Source: a virus
Direction: 5' to 3' (one strand)
Length of the DNA: 64,000 nucleotides
IMG/VR virus record: IMGVR_UViG_3300027801_000011
Span: 1-64,000 of that record
In this document: in pieces, positions 1 through 9,147 of the stretch
Layout of the letters: each line of letters opens with the position of its first letter
How positions within the stretch are numbered: the stretch's first letter is position 1
Translations under genes and position numbers: made by a program
Notes under the pieces: model-generated
What the model was told of the DNA's origin: nothing
Seen by the model: the letters and a program-made list of their open reading frames with translations, nothing else
Databases searched by the model: none

Positions 1-204
1 CAACACGCATACAAGTTCGCAAAGAGCAAAGGCGTGATAGTTGATCCTTCTGAGATTGACAACAAGGTTGCATCTGGGCCTAAGAAACCATCTTCTGGTA
101 AGACTAATTCTTTTATTCTAGATACTAACAAAAAACAAAAGGTACACATTCAAGTTGCTAATCTCGACAATAAGAGATATGAACTGAACATGTATATTGA
201 CTGA
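1..204 (+). CDS. 3' end of a hypothetical phage protein (partial)
   Basis: Frame 1 open from base 1 (QHAYKFAKSKG...RYELNMYID*); its TGA overlaps the next ATG (TGATG). Confidence 0.7.
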   Translation, partial: QHAYKFAKSKGVIVDPSEIDNKVASGPKKPSSGKTNSFILDTNKKQKVHIQVANLDNKRYELNMYID

Positions 205-593
205 TGATTAAGGTATACTTATTTCTGCTAATCATGGGGATCATGGGAGCAGCTGGTTACGGTGCTTATTATTACTATAAGGACACTCAGTCTAGAATTG
301 CTACTCTTACGGAGAATAGTGCTAAGTTAGAAATGGCTGCAAAGACACAGAAGAACACTATCGATACTCTCATTGCAGATGCAAAGAAGTTTCAAGAATT
401 GAACAGTGAATTGAACATAAAATTAACCGAAGCAACTAAATATAAGAACCTTCTCTTAACTAAGTTGAGAAAGATTAATCTTGCTAAGGTGAGTGCAGAG
501 AACCCTGCCTTATGGGAAAAGAAGATAAACAATGCAAGCAAACGTGTACTGGAAAGTTTCGAGTCTATTACTGCTATCCCTGCTGTTAAGTAG
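204..593 (+). CDS. putative inner-membrane spanin (Rz-like)
   Basis: N-terminal TM helix followed by coiled coil; overlapped at its 3' end by a lipoprotein gene. Confidence 0.7.
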   Translation: MIKVYLFLLIMGIMGAAGYGAYYYYKDTQSRIATLTENSAKLEMAAKTQKNTIDTLIADAKKFQELNSELNIKLTEATKYKNLLLTKLRKINLAKVSAENPALWEKKINNASKRVLESFESITAIPAVK

Positions 594-927
594 CTGTAGT
601 ACTTGGAATCCATTAAAGACAGTTGAGATTAAGACGGTTGAAGTTGACAGGCAAATTCCTGTACAGAATCGCCCTCAACCTATTAAGATAAACAGCAACA
701 TGAAGTGGTGGGTTGTTACTGAGGAAAACTTTAAGGAATTTAAAGAACAATTCCAAAAAGAGAATGGCGATCCTTTGGTTGCATATGTGCTAAGTGTTAA
801 AGATTATGAGACGCTAGCGATCAATATGGCTGAGATTAAGAGATATATTGAACAACAGAAATCGATAATTGTGTACTATGAAGACGCAGTTAAACCTGTA
901 GTGAAGGAAAAAGATATTAAGAAATGA
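532..927 (+). CDS. putative outer-membrane spanin lipoprotein (Rz1-like)
   Basis: Lipobox LLLSSC, proline-containing periplasmic part, overlaps the i-spanin in another frame. Confidence 0.7.
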   Translation: MQANVYWKVSSLLLLSLLLSSCSTWNPLKTVEIKTVEVDRQIPVQNRPQPIKINSNMKWWVVTEENFKEFKEQFQKENGDPLVAYVLSVKDYETLAINMAEIKRYIEQQKSIIVYYEDAVKPVVKEKDIKK

Positions 928-972
928 CGTTCATCCCAATGGGACGGAAGTAGCTATGCTGCGAAGGAACGC
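928..972 (+). ncRNA. glutamine-I riboswitch (glnA RNA motif)
   Basis: CGTTC-A-TCCC(AAT)GGGA-CGGAAGTA-GC(TATGCT)GC-GAAG-GAACG-C: P1 CGTTC/GAACG, P2, and E-loop AGTA/GAA match the glnA motif consensus as I recall it. Confidence 0.85.
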
Positions 973-1001
973 ACTTAACCTGTAAAGAGGGGAAGTGTGA
1001 T

Positions 1002-1109
1002 ATGCCTAAATTAATATACTACCAATACTTAAAATTGATTAGAGAACGAAGAATTAAAGAAATTAATAAGATACTACAAAGAAGGAAGAGAACATATGGG
1101 AACTTTTAA
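1002..1109 (+). CDS. small basic peptide (35 aa) downstream of the riboswitch
   Basis: MPKLIYYQYLKLIRERRIKEINKILQRRKRTYGNF*; purine-rich SD-like GAGGGGA upstream; below the ORF-track cutoff. Confidence 0.6.
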   Translation: MPKLIYYQYLKLIRERRIKEINKILQRRKRTYGNF

Positions 1110-1608
1110 TGGGAAGATCACAGCGGAGTTTACCCCACCCCAGACTTGGGTGTTGGAGAAGGGTCTTTCCTTTGCTACAGATGATCTAACAGACCAAGAA
1201 ATTGCTACACTAAAACATGTTGGAGCTAATATTGCAGAAAGCGGTAGGATTACTTGTAAGAAAGGTATGAAGACAGATTTGGCATCAACTCCAAGAATTC
1301 TGTGGAACTTCATTGCCCCTTGGGATGTTGCTCGAGCCGCTATTATACATGATCATTTGTATTCAACTCTCAGAGTATTTTATGACAACAATATCAGATT
1401 GGGTAAAGGCGACAAAGAGGAACACAAAAATAAGTGGGCTCAGGCAAGAGCAATATCTGATAAGGTATTTCGATTGGCCATGGAAAGTGCAACTCCAGAA
1501 GTTCCTGCTTGGAAGATTAAATCAGCATATCAAGCTGTACGACTATTCGGAAGGTGGCCTGCTTCTAAACAAGAAGAATCGGCATACTTGACAGGTAAGG
1601 GGAAATAG
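1096..1608 (+). CDS. DUF1353-family protein
   Basis: TDLASTPR...AAIIHDHLY...AYQAVRLFG motifs. Confidence 0.75.
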   Translation: MGTFNGKITAEFTPPQTWVLEKGLSFATDDLTDQEIATLKHVGANIAESGRITCKKGMKTDLASTPRILWNFIAPWDVARAAIIHDHLYSTLRVFYDNNIRLGKGDKEEHKNKWAQARAISDKVFRLAMESATPEVPAWKIKSAYQAVRLFGRWPASKQEESAYLTGKGK

Positions 1609-1764
1609 ATGACCCAATGTAGTAACTGTGGTCATGATTCTCACTGTGGTACTAAACTTATGAAAGACTATCGCCGTGAACCTTATAATCACGGAATGGA
1701 AGGTCAGATAGAAGTTTGCAAGAAGTGTAGATGTGAGAAATGCACTGCTCCAGATTGGGGCTAA
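1609..1764 (+). CDS. small Cys/His-rich putative zinc-binding protein (51 aa)
   Basis: MTQCSNCGHDSHCG...VCKKCRCEKC; abuts both neighbours. Confidence 0.7.
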   Translation: MTQCSNCGHDSHCGTKLMKDYRREPYNHGMEGQIEVCKKCRCEKCTAPDWG

Positions 1765-1765
1765 T

Positions 1766-2005
1766 ATGATTAATACCGAACACCCTAGAGATGTGGGGCT
1801 AACCTATTTTCAGCATCTCAAATTTGCGTGGTTTGAATCTATTTGCGCTTTTAGAATTTTCCTTTTAATGTTTATTCATGGTCTACTCCCTTGGATTTGG
1901 GATTGGAAATTTAATGAATATCTTGATGACGCAAAAAAACGAGTGGAACCTCAAGATAAAGTGAGGAAAAATTCTTGGGGTAAACCCACAATTTGGATGG
2001 AATAA
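1766..2005 (+). CDS. DUF6356-like small membrane protein
   Basis: HPRDVGLTYFQHLKFAW...HGLLPW. Confidence 0.6.
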   Translation: MINTEHPRDVGLTYFQHLKFAWFESICAFRIFLLMFIHGLLPWIWDWKFNEYLDDAKKRVEPQDKVRKNSWGKPTIWME

Positions 2006-2253
2006 TGTGGATTTTTTTAATTAGTAGTATCGCATCCAGTATACTAGGAAGTGCAGCTGATAGTTGGTTTTCAGGCACCAAAGCTGGTGTGTGGTTCTAT
2101 AAGAAAGTTGACAATGTTTCGACATGGGCTTCTGAAAAGTTGGGATTGAAGGTTTTGGCAGATGAAGAGAATTGGAAAGCACAATACCCCAATGTCAGTA
2201 AGAAAATTGACAAACTTGAGGCCAGAGTTAACAAATTAGAAAAAGGAGATTAA
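2005..2253 (+). CDS. hypothetical protein
   Basis: ORF coupled to the upstream stop (TAATG). Confidence 0.6.
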   Translation: MWIFLISSIASSILGSAADSWFSGTKAGVWFYKKVDNVSTWASEKLGLKVLADEENWKAQYPNVSKKIDKLEARVNKLEKGD

Positions 2254-2254
2254 C

Positions 2255-2422
2255 ATGATTTCAGATTGGATTGGAAATCGAATCAAAGAAGGCTCTACAC
2301 ATCAAGGCACTATCGTTGTTATTGCTGCTGTAGCTGTACTTTTCTTTGCAATACCATTAACCAAAGTAATTCTTTGGGGCGCACTCGCTTGGGGCGCTTG
2401 GTCGATTTTGAAAAGCAACTAG
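2255..2422 (+). CDS. small 2-TM protein, holin-like (55 aa)
   Basis: MISDWIGNRIKEGSTHQG followed by two hydrophobic segments; AGGAG SD. Confidence 0.55.
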   Translation: MISDWIGNRIKEGSTHQGTIVVIAAVAVLFFAIPLTKVILWGALAWGAWSILKSN

Positions 2423-2423
2423 G

Positions 2424-2858
2424 ATGGCTTCAGAGTTAGAGACAAAGGTTAACTTTTTAAAGAAAGAACTTCATGATCAAGCAAAGATACATGACCGGCT
2501 AGATATAGCAATTGAGAAATTGACTGATGTCTCTAACTCTATCCACCGCATGCTTGCTGTCCACGAAGAAAAGATTGCCCGACAGGAAGATGCAATTATA
2601 CTGGCAGAGAGAAACGTCGAAACCCGTAGGAACGATCTGGAAAAGAAAATAGACGATCTTCACTCTCGAATTACTACAAACACTAAAGAGATTATGAGTG
2701 CTGCTTCAACGCAACATAACGAACAGAACCAGGCGATTCAGAGAATTAGGGACGAATTGTCCAATAGAGTAGGTGTGCTAGAGAAGTGGCGGTATGTGCT
2801 TATAGGTTCATCTATAGTAATAGGTTTCATTCTTCATAAATTTGTAGATTTTACCTAA
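2424..2858 (+). CDS. coiled-coil protein with C-terminal TM helix
   Basis: Heptad-rich ORF ending in a hydrophobic helix; immediately upstream of primase. Confidence 0.6.
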   Translation: MASELETKVNFLKKELHDQAKIHDRLDIAIEKLTDVSNSIHRMLAVHEEKIARQEDAIILAERNVETRRNDLEKKIDDLHSRITTNTKEIMSAASTQHNEQNQAIQRIRDELSNRVGVLEKWRYVLIGSSIVIGFILHKFVDFT

Positions 2859-2901
2859 AAGTCCCTTGACAATTATGGCCGAATAGTATACTATCTGTTC
2901 T

Positions 2902-3900
2902 ATGAGTTCATACATTGACATTAAATATCTTAACATAATTTCCCCACAGCTAATGCAATTCAAGAAGAAGGGCGATGCCCTTTGGAATTTTCGTTGCCCG
3001 TACTGTGGAGATTCGAAGAAGAACAAGACTAAAGCCAGAGGATTCGTTTATCGTAAGAAGAATGATCTGTTCTTTAAGTGTCATAATTGTCAAGTTGGCA
3101 CTACTCTAAGTAAGTTGATAGAGCTCCTAGACTCTAAAACTCACAATGACTATATAATGGAACGATATAAAAAGGGTGTTAAGAAACAGACGCCAGAACC
3201 AGAGTTTAAATTCAATGCACCAGTTTTTCGCAAAAAGGGTATCTTTAAAGACCTCACTTCTATCTCAGAACTTGAGCCTGATCACCTTGCTAGAAAAATT
3301 GTTGAAGAGAGAAAATTACCACCCGAATCACTCAAGGACTTATTCCTATGTGATTCATTCTTTAAATTCACCAATAGTTTAATACCAAATAAGTTCCCTT
3401 CTTTGGATGGAGATCATCCAAGGCTATTAATACCGTTTCGAAATGAGCAAGGAGAAATATTTGCATATCAAGGAAGAGCATTTGGAGAAGAAAAACCAAA
3501 ATATATTACGATCAAGTTAGAAGATCGTACTAAGATTTTTGGACTAGACAAACTTGACAGAGATCAACCTCTGTTTATTGTTGAGGGCCCACTAGATAGC
3601 TTGTTTCTGGATAACTGTATAGCAGTTGCTGGATCAGACTTTGGAGTGTATCCGAATGAAGTTACTATAATATACGATAACGAACCAAGGAATAAGGAAA
3701 TTAATAAACAGATTGAGAAGTCTATTGATTTGGGTAATAATATAGTTATATGGCCTGACTCAATGGAACATAAAGATATTAACGATATGATTATCGCTGG
3801 TTACACTAAAGAAGAATTAATGGAAATAATAACAGTTAACACCTTTACTGGCGCTTCGGCTAAGTTAAGGTTCGCAGAATGGAGAAAGATCGATGCCTAG
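2902..3900 (+). CDS. DNA primase (T4 gp61-like)
   Basis: Zn finger CPYCGDS...CHNC; TOPRIM motifs VEGPLDSLF, YDNEPRN, KDINDM. Confidence 0.95.
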   Translation: MSSYIDIKYLNIISPQLMQFKKKGDALWNFRCPYCGDSKKNKTKARGFVYRKKNDLFFKCHNCQVGTTLSKLIELLDSKTHNDYIMERYKKGVKKQTPEPEFKFNAPVFRKKGIFKDLTSISELEPDHLARKIVEERKLPPESLKDLFLCDSFFKFTNSLIPNKFPSLDGDHPRLLIPFRNEQGEIFAYQGRAFGEEKPKYITIKLEDRTKIFGLDKLDRDQPLFIVEGPLDSLFLDNCIAVAGSDFGVYPNEVTIIYDNEPRNKEINKQIEKSIDLGNNIVIWPDSMEHKDINDMIIAGYTKEELMEIITVNTFTGASAKLRFAEWRKIDA

Positions 3901-5812
3901 CAATTACCTACCAACGTCCTACCAAGAATTTATTCACTTATCAAGATACTCAAGGTGGTTGCCAGAAGAGGAACGCCGAGAAACGTGGGATGAAACCGTA
4001 GGGAGATATTTCAATTTCTTCAAAGAACATTTGGATGAAATGCATGAGTATAAACTTTCAGATAAACTTAGGAAAGAACTAGAAGAGGCAGTTCTCTCTC
4101 AAAGAGTTATGCCCTCCATGCGTTGTCTTATGACTGCTGGTGAAGCATTGAAGCGTGAGAACATCGCTGGATACAATTGTTCATATGTTGCAGTTGATCG
4201 CCCACAGGCGTTTGATGAAATCCTGTATGTGTTGATGAATGGTACAGGTGTTGGTTTCAGTGTTGAACGCCAATACGTATCTGAGCTACCACGGGTTGCT
4301 GAAGAATTCCATCCTACCGACACTACTATCACCGTTGCCGATTCTAAGATGGGTTGGGCAAAGGCCTTTAAGGAATTGGTTGGTATGTTGTATATCGGTC
4401 AGATTCCACGTTGGGATTTGTCTAAGGTACGTCCTGCTGGCGCTCCCCTTAAAACTTTCGGTGGTCGTGCATCTGGGCCAGAACCCTTAGAGAGTCTATT
4501 CAACTTTTCTGTAACGACATTCCAGAACGCTGCTGGTCGTAGATTGTCTTCACTTGAAGCACATGATATCGTATGTAAGATTGCTGAAGTTGTTGTAGTT
4601 GGCGGTGTTCGTCGTTCTGCTCTCATTAGTCTATCTAATCTATCTGATGACCGTATGCGTGATGCAAAGGCAGGACAGTGGTGGATCAATGATGGACAGC
4701 GTGCATTAGCAAACAACTCTGCTTGTTATACTGAGAAACCCGACATGGGGATTTTCATGAGCGAATGGAAAGCTCTTTATGATTCCAAGTCTGGTGAACG
4801 TGGTATCTTCAATCGTGAGTCTGCTGTTAAGATGGCTGCAAAGAATGGTCGTAGGAATACAGAAGACTATGATTTTGGTACAAACCCTTGTTCTGAGATT
4901 ATCCTACGTAATCGTGAGTTCTGTAATTTGTCTGAGGTTGTTGTTCGTGTTACTGATACGAAGGAGACTCTTTTGGAGAAGGTGCGTCTAGCAACGATTC
5001 TTGGCACTATCCAGGCAACACTTGTGAACTTCAAGTACGTATCATCCTCATGGAAAAAGAATTGTGAAGAAGAGAGACTTTTAGGAGTCTCTCTTACTGG
5101 TATTATGGACTGCCAGTTCACTAATGGTAAGAAAGCTGGACTTGAAACTCTTCTTGATGACTTACGTGCTATGGCAGTTAAGACTAATAAGGAGTTTGCA
5201 CAAAAGATAGGAATCCCACAAAGTGTCGCTATAACGTGCGTCAAACCCTCAGGCACTGTCTCTCAGTTGGTTGATGCTGCAAGTGGTATACATGCTAGGC
5301 ATAATCCCTACTATATTCGAACTGTACGTGGCGACAAGAAAGACCCACTTACAAAGATGATGACAGACGTTGGATTCCCTGTAGAAGATGATGTTATGAA
5401 CCCCAATAATACTGTTGTGTTCTCATTTCCTCATAAGATCGACAAGGGTGCTGTATTTCGTACAGACATGACTGCTATTGAACAGTTGGAGTTATGGTTG
5501 ATATATCAGAAACATTGGTGTGAGCATAAACCTTCTGTGACCATTTCAGTGAAAGATAATGAATGGATGTCAGTTGGTGCATGGGTATATGAATATTTCG
5601 ACTACATGTCTGGCGTCAGCTTCCTGCCTCACACAGACCATACATATAAGCAAGCACCGTACCAAGACATCCAAAAAGAAGAGTATGAAGTTCTTCTTGG
5701 ACAGATGCCAAAAGATGTGGATTGGAATAAATTGTCAGAATACGAAAAAACAGATATGACCGTGGGAGCCCAAGAGTTAGCATGTGCAGCTGGGTTCTGT
5801 GAGATTCAATGA
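3893..5812 (+). CDS. nrdJ: class II adenosylcobalamin-dependent ribonucleotide reductase
   Basis: YNCSY, VVVGGVRRSALISL, TNPCSEIIL, TCVKPSGTVS, C-terminal CAAGFCE; no beta-subunit gene alongside. Confidence 0.9.
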   Translation: MPSNYLPTSYQEFIHLSRYSRWLPEEERRETWDETVGRYFNFFKEHLDEMHEYKLSDKLRKELEEAVLSQRVMPSMRCLMTAGEALKRENIAGYNCSYVAVDRPQAFDEILYVLMNGTGVGFSVERQYVSELPRVAEEFHPTDTTITVADSKMGWAKAFKELVGMLYIGQIPRWDLSKVRPAGAPLKTFGGRASGPEPLESLFNFSVTTFQNAAGRRLSSLEAHDIVCKIAEVVVVGGVRRSALISLSNLSDDRMRDAKAGQWWINDGQRALANNSACYTEKPDMGIFMSEWKALYDSKSGERGIFNRESAVKMAAKNGRRNTEDYDFGTNPCSEIILRNREFCNLSEVVVRVTDTKETLLEKVRLATILGTIQATLVNFKYVSSSWKKNCEEERLLGVSLTGIMDCQFTNGKKAGLETLLDDLRAMAVKTNKEFAQKIGIPQSVAITCVKPSGTVSQLVDAASGIHARHNPYYIRTVRGDKKDPLTKMMTDVGFPVEDDVMNPNNTVVFSFPHKIDKGAVFRTDMTAIEQLELWLIYQKHWCEHKPSVTISVKDNEWMSVGAWVYEYFDYMSGVSFLPHTDHTYKQAPYQDIQKEEYEVLLGQMPKDVDWNKLSEYEKTDMTVGAQELACAAGFCEIQ

Positions 5813-5973
5813 AATTAATAGTATGTGAAAAGTGTGAAGCGGAATGGAAGATGTTACACAATATGAGTGAACACTACTATGTGGTTACATATTGTACTTT
5901 TTGTGGTGAGGAATTAACACAGGAAGAGCTTCAAGATGAAATTGATCTTGAGATTTTTGATGAGGATGATTAG
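5809..5973 (+). CDS. small zinc-ribbon protein with acidic tail (54 aa)
   Basis: CEKC...CTFCG; ATGA overlap with nrdJ. Confidence 0.7.
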   Translation: MKLIVCEKCEAEWKMLHNMSEHYYVVTYCTFCGEELTQEELQDEIDLEIFDEDD

Positions 5974-5975
5974 AT

Positions 5976-6812
5976 TTGAAACTAGAACATGATGAGATAA
6001 TTGTTAAAGATGATTTGATAGAAGATAAGTTACACCAGGCGGTATACGATTGGGGACAAAATGTCTCTTGGTATACTATGTGGTTAGCGGCAACTTCTAT
6101 AAAGGGCATGGAACAAGCAGTTCCCATGAACGAATACATTCCATCTAAACATGGCAACTACAATAACAGACACATCCTTGGGCCTGTTAATGATCTGTCT
6201 GCCTTACATAAACTAACAAAGTTTGTAATGTATAGACACCCTGTAGGTTGGGATGATGAAAGTTGTGAACTGAGATCACCCGTTATCTGGGATTTGTGGT
6301 CTAAGATCAATAAACATTTCTTTGATGGCAATGCTACACTAGATGGAATCAAAGAACCGTGTGGTGGTCTGCGAGGGCCAAATCACTTCTATGATGGAGA
6401 AGATTTCTATAAGAAGCATGATGTGCCCTTTAACAACAACGAATGGTCTTCTATGTTAAATGCTAGAACAGTAGAAATATTCGATACTGAAATAGGTAAT
6501 CGGGTTGGACAATACCACAAAGATACAGCACCAGAACATAAAGATTCTGATAAACACTTCACAGTCCTATATGTTGCCAATAGAGAATGGTATCCAGATT
6601 GGGGTGGTGAACTAACTTACTTTGATGGTGGTGAAACTGGAGCTAAACATTGGAGAAGGGGATATGACTTAGGATGGCCTTGTAAGGTTGTTGGTCATAA
6701 ACCAAATCGAATTATGATATATCGTCATGATCAAATCCACAACACCGCTCCACCTAAACCAAACGCTCCAGAGATGACACAGAAAATTGCCTTTAGAGTT
6801 AGAATGAAGTAA
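5976..6812 (+). CDS. 2OG-Fe(II) oxygenase
   Basis: HKD...WGGEL...H...AFR pattern. Confidence 0.8.
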   Translation: MKLEHDEIIVKDDLIEDKLHQAVYDWGQNVSWYTMWLAATSIKGMEQAVPMNEYIPSKHGNYNNRHILGPVNDLSALHKLTKFVMYRHPVGWDDESCELRSPVIWDLWSKINKHFFDGNATLDGIKEPCGGLRGPNHFYDGEDFYKKHDVPFNNNEWSSMLNARTVEIFDTEIGNRVGQYHKDTAPEHKDSDKHFTVLYVANREWYPDWGGELTYFDGGETGAKHWRRGYDLGWPCKVVGHKPNRIMIYRHDQIHNTAPPKPNAPEMTQKIAFRVRMK

Positions 6813-6961
6813 TGTGGGAATATTGGTGTAAAGCAATAGGTACTAAAGCATACGATGATAAACGACAAGCAGACAAAGTTGCTGTATTAAGGACTATTTG
6901 GATCGTCCTACATATATGTACATGTGGAGCGATTATAATGAATACTTGGAGACAGTGGTGA
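6812..6961 (+). CDS. small membrane protein (49 aa)
   Basis: MWEYWCKAIGTKAYDDKRQADKVAVLRTIW...; TAATG coupling. Confidence 0.6.
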   Translation: MWEYWCKAIGTKAYDDKRQADKVAVLRTIWIVLHICTCGAIIMNTWRQW

Positions 6962-7052
6962 ACAATCCTTGGTACGTATGGGTAATGGTTACATTTACAG
7001 CCGTTTTTATAGGATGGACTATTTGGATGAAATATAATGGATATACGATAGG

Positions 7053-7403
7053 ATGAAAACTAGTAGTGCAAAAGCAAAAGGTAGACGATTTCAACAGTGG
7101 GTTCGTGATCAACTTATTGAACAGTTAGATGTACATCCAGAAGATGTTGAATCCCGTAGTATGGGTGCTGGTGGTGAAGACCTCATTATGGCACGTGCTG
7201 CTAGGGAAAAGTTTCCATACTCAATTGAGTGTAAGAATCAAGAGAGCTTGAACATATGGAAGGCATATGAACAAGCAACAGAAAACTCTGGTAAATATGA
7301 ACCAGTTTGTTTTATTAAACGCAACAACCAGAAACCTCTTGTGGTGGTTGATGCAGAATATTTTATTAGGATACATAATGGCAAAGTCGAATTGGTGGAT
7401 TGA
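7053..7403 (+). CDS. PD-(D/E)XK nuclease, Holliday-junction-resolvase-like
   Basis: SAKAKGR..Q, GEDL, SIECK motifs. Confidence 0.75.
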   Translation: MKTSSAKAKGRRFQQWVRDQLIEQLDVHPEDVESRSMGAGGEDLIMARAAREKFPYSIECKNQESLNIWKAYEQATENSGKYEPVCFIKRNNQKPLVVVDAEYFIRIHNGKVELVD

Positions 7404-7950
7404 ACAATACAAAGAATATCATGCAGATCAGAATACCAGATACCCTGGCAACAATTTAAAACCTCAACTGCATCACATCAAAACTCTCGTAGAGGATACT
7501 AAGGCCGAATCACTTTTAGATTTCGGTTGTGGTAAAGGACTCCAGTATACCAAATGGAAGCATCATGAAGAACTAGGTATCATGCCTGCTCTCTATGATC
7601 CTGCTGTACCAGAGTATGAAAATCTACCAGACGGCAAATTCGATGGCGTTTACTCTACAGATGTAATGGAACATATCCCCAAAGAACAACTTCCAGAAAC
7701 TTTTGATATGATTTTTTCGAAGGCCGAGAAATTTGTATTCCTTGCAATATGTACTCAACCCGCTATCGCTATACTCCCTAGTGGAGAGAACGCTCACTGT
7801 ACAGTAGAACCGATTGGGTTCTGGAAAACTATGGTAGACAAGTATGCTCCCAAGAGGGTATACACACATATCAAAACCTACGGTAATTGTAATAACTATG
7901 AAATCATGAATGAAGATTTGTATCTAGAATGGTATGTCGATCAACTATGA
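7378..7950 (+). CDS. class I SAM-dependent methyltransferase
   Basis: LLDFGCGKG, YDPA, DVMEHIP. Confidence 0.85.
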   Translation: MAKSNWWIEQYKEYHADQNTRYPGNNLKPQLHHIKTLVEDTKAESLLDFGCGKGLQYTKWKHHEELGIMPALYDPAVPEYENLPDGKFDGVYSTDVMEHIPKEQLPETFDMIFSKAEKFVFLAICTQPAIAILPSGENAHCTVEPIGFWKTMVDKYAPKRVYTHIKTYGNCNNYEIMNEDLYLEWYVDQL

Positions 7951-8594
7951 GGCATATAGTAGAATATGTTGGTGGTAGTAAAGGCGATATGGTCTGTAGA
8001 TTTCTTAACAGGGAAGCTCCTTCTATGGATAAAAATGGAAAGACCCTTCCTCTCAGTTTAGAGTTGAAGATGTTGAATCCTTTTGACTATACATTAGAGC
8101 TGTTCGAAAAGGCTCTTGTTGAAAATGAGTATGAATATATGCCTGCTCATCCTATGTGGTATACTAACGATACCCGATACATGGATTTGATGAAGAAACA
8201 TAAGTATGATATTATATCAATTAAGTTTGAACAAAAGCATTACACTACTATTTCTATAGAGAATATGATTAAAAACAAATTGCCCGATCTGCTGGCCAGA
8301 TTAGATGAGGTTCCAGATTTTGCATACAAAATGAGAGCTATCCCTAATAACCTGTTCAATGAGATGTTAGACGATAGAAAACTGCTTCACTATGAAGACT
8401 TGTTTTGTAGTGATCAACCTTTCCCACATTATCCACACAGAAGAACAGAATGGTTGTCTCTAGTACAAGATAGCTGGTGTGATTTTAATGGGCATGGTTA
8501 TAGAGAATTTAAACTACCAAAAACCTTTGATGGGACTAGACGCCCCATTCCTATGGTAGAACAGATAGAAAAATATCTGTCTGGTTTTAAATAG
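7947..8594 (+). CDS. hypothetical protein, possibly sulfotransferase-like fold
   Basis: N-terminal YVGGSKGD and LHYEDLF; weak resemblance only. Confidence 0.45.
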   Translation: MRHIVEYVGGSKGDMVCRFLNREAPSMDKNGKTLPLSLELKMLNPFDYTLELFEKALVENEYEYMPAHPMWYTNDTRYMDLMKKHKYDIISIKFEQKHYTTISIENMIKNKLPDLLARLDEVPDFAYKMRAIPNNLFNEMLDDRKLLHYEDLFCSDQPFPHYPHRRTEWLSLVQDSWCDFNGHGYREFKLPKTFDGTRRPIPMVEQIEKYLSGFK

Positions 8595-8607
8595 AAAGAA
8601 GATTATA

Positions 8608-9147
8608 ATGGAAAGTGAAATAAAAGAATTTTTTGGAAAGACATGGAATCAGACTGAAGTGGATGATCATGTAGTGGACAGATTGAAGGCTGCTAGAAAT
8701 GTTATTGATGTGGGGTGTGGTTTTAATCCTTATAAGAAACATACTAATAATCTAGTCGGTGTTGATATTGTTAATGGCAGTGCTGATTGGATAGGTGATA
8801 TTATAGATTATAAGCCTGTTACAAAATTTGATGTAGCAATCTGCTATGGTATCTTACACTTCAATTCTTACGATTGGATACGAGAACGTCTAGAGTGGGT
8901 TGTGAATAATCTTACAGAAGATGGTGAAATTCTAATTAAAGTAAATCCATCCAGAAAAGAAGATCAGGCAGAAGAACTACGGAGTTCTGATGTCATTTGG
9001 TTTGATAAGTGGAACCGTGGATTAGCAGATCATTTTGCTGACATATATAAATTAGAAGTTTGGAATTGGAGGGAATGGCGTAACCCGCTAGATAATAGTT
9101 TACGCATTAAATTTGATTATAGGAGAAAAGATCATGGACTCAAGTAG
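8608..9147 (+). CDS. class I SAM-dependent methyltransferase
   Basis: VIDVGCGFN, VGVD, FDVAICYGILHF. Confidence 0.8.
   Translation: MESEIKEFFGKTWNQTEVDDHVVDRLKAARNVIDVGCGFNPYKKHTNNLVGVDIVNGSADWIGDIIDYKPVTKFDVAICYGILHFNSYDWIRERLEWVVNNLTEDGEILIKVNPSRKEDQAEELRSSDVIWFDKWNRGLADHFADIYKLEVWNWREWRNPLDNSLRIKFDYRRKDHGLK

Noticed and set aside
3893-5812. Intein or intron in nrdJ (also checked gp41, thyX, phoH)
   Set aside because: Lengths and motif spacing look uninterrupted; no splicing or homing-endonuclease motifs seen
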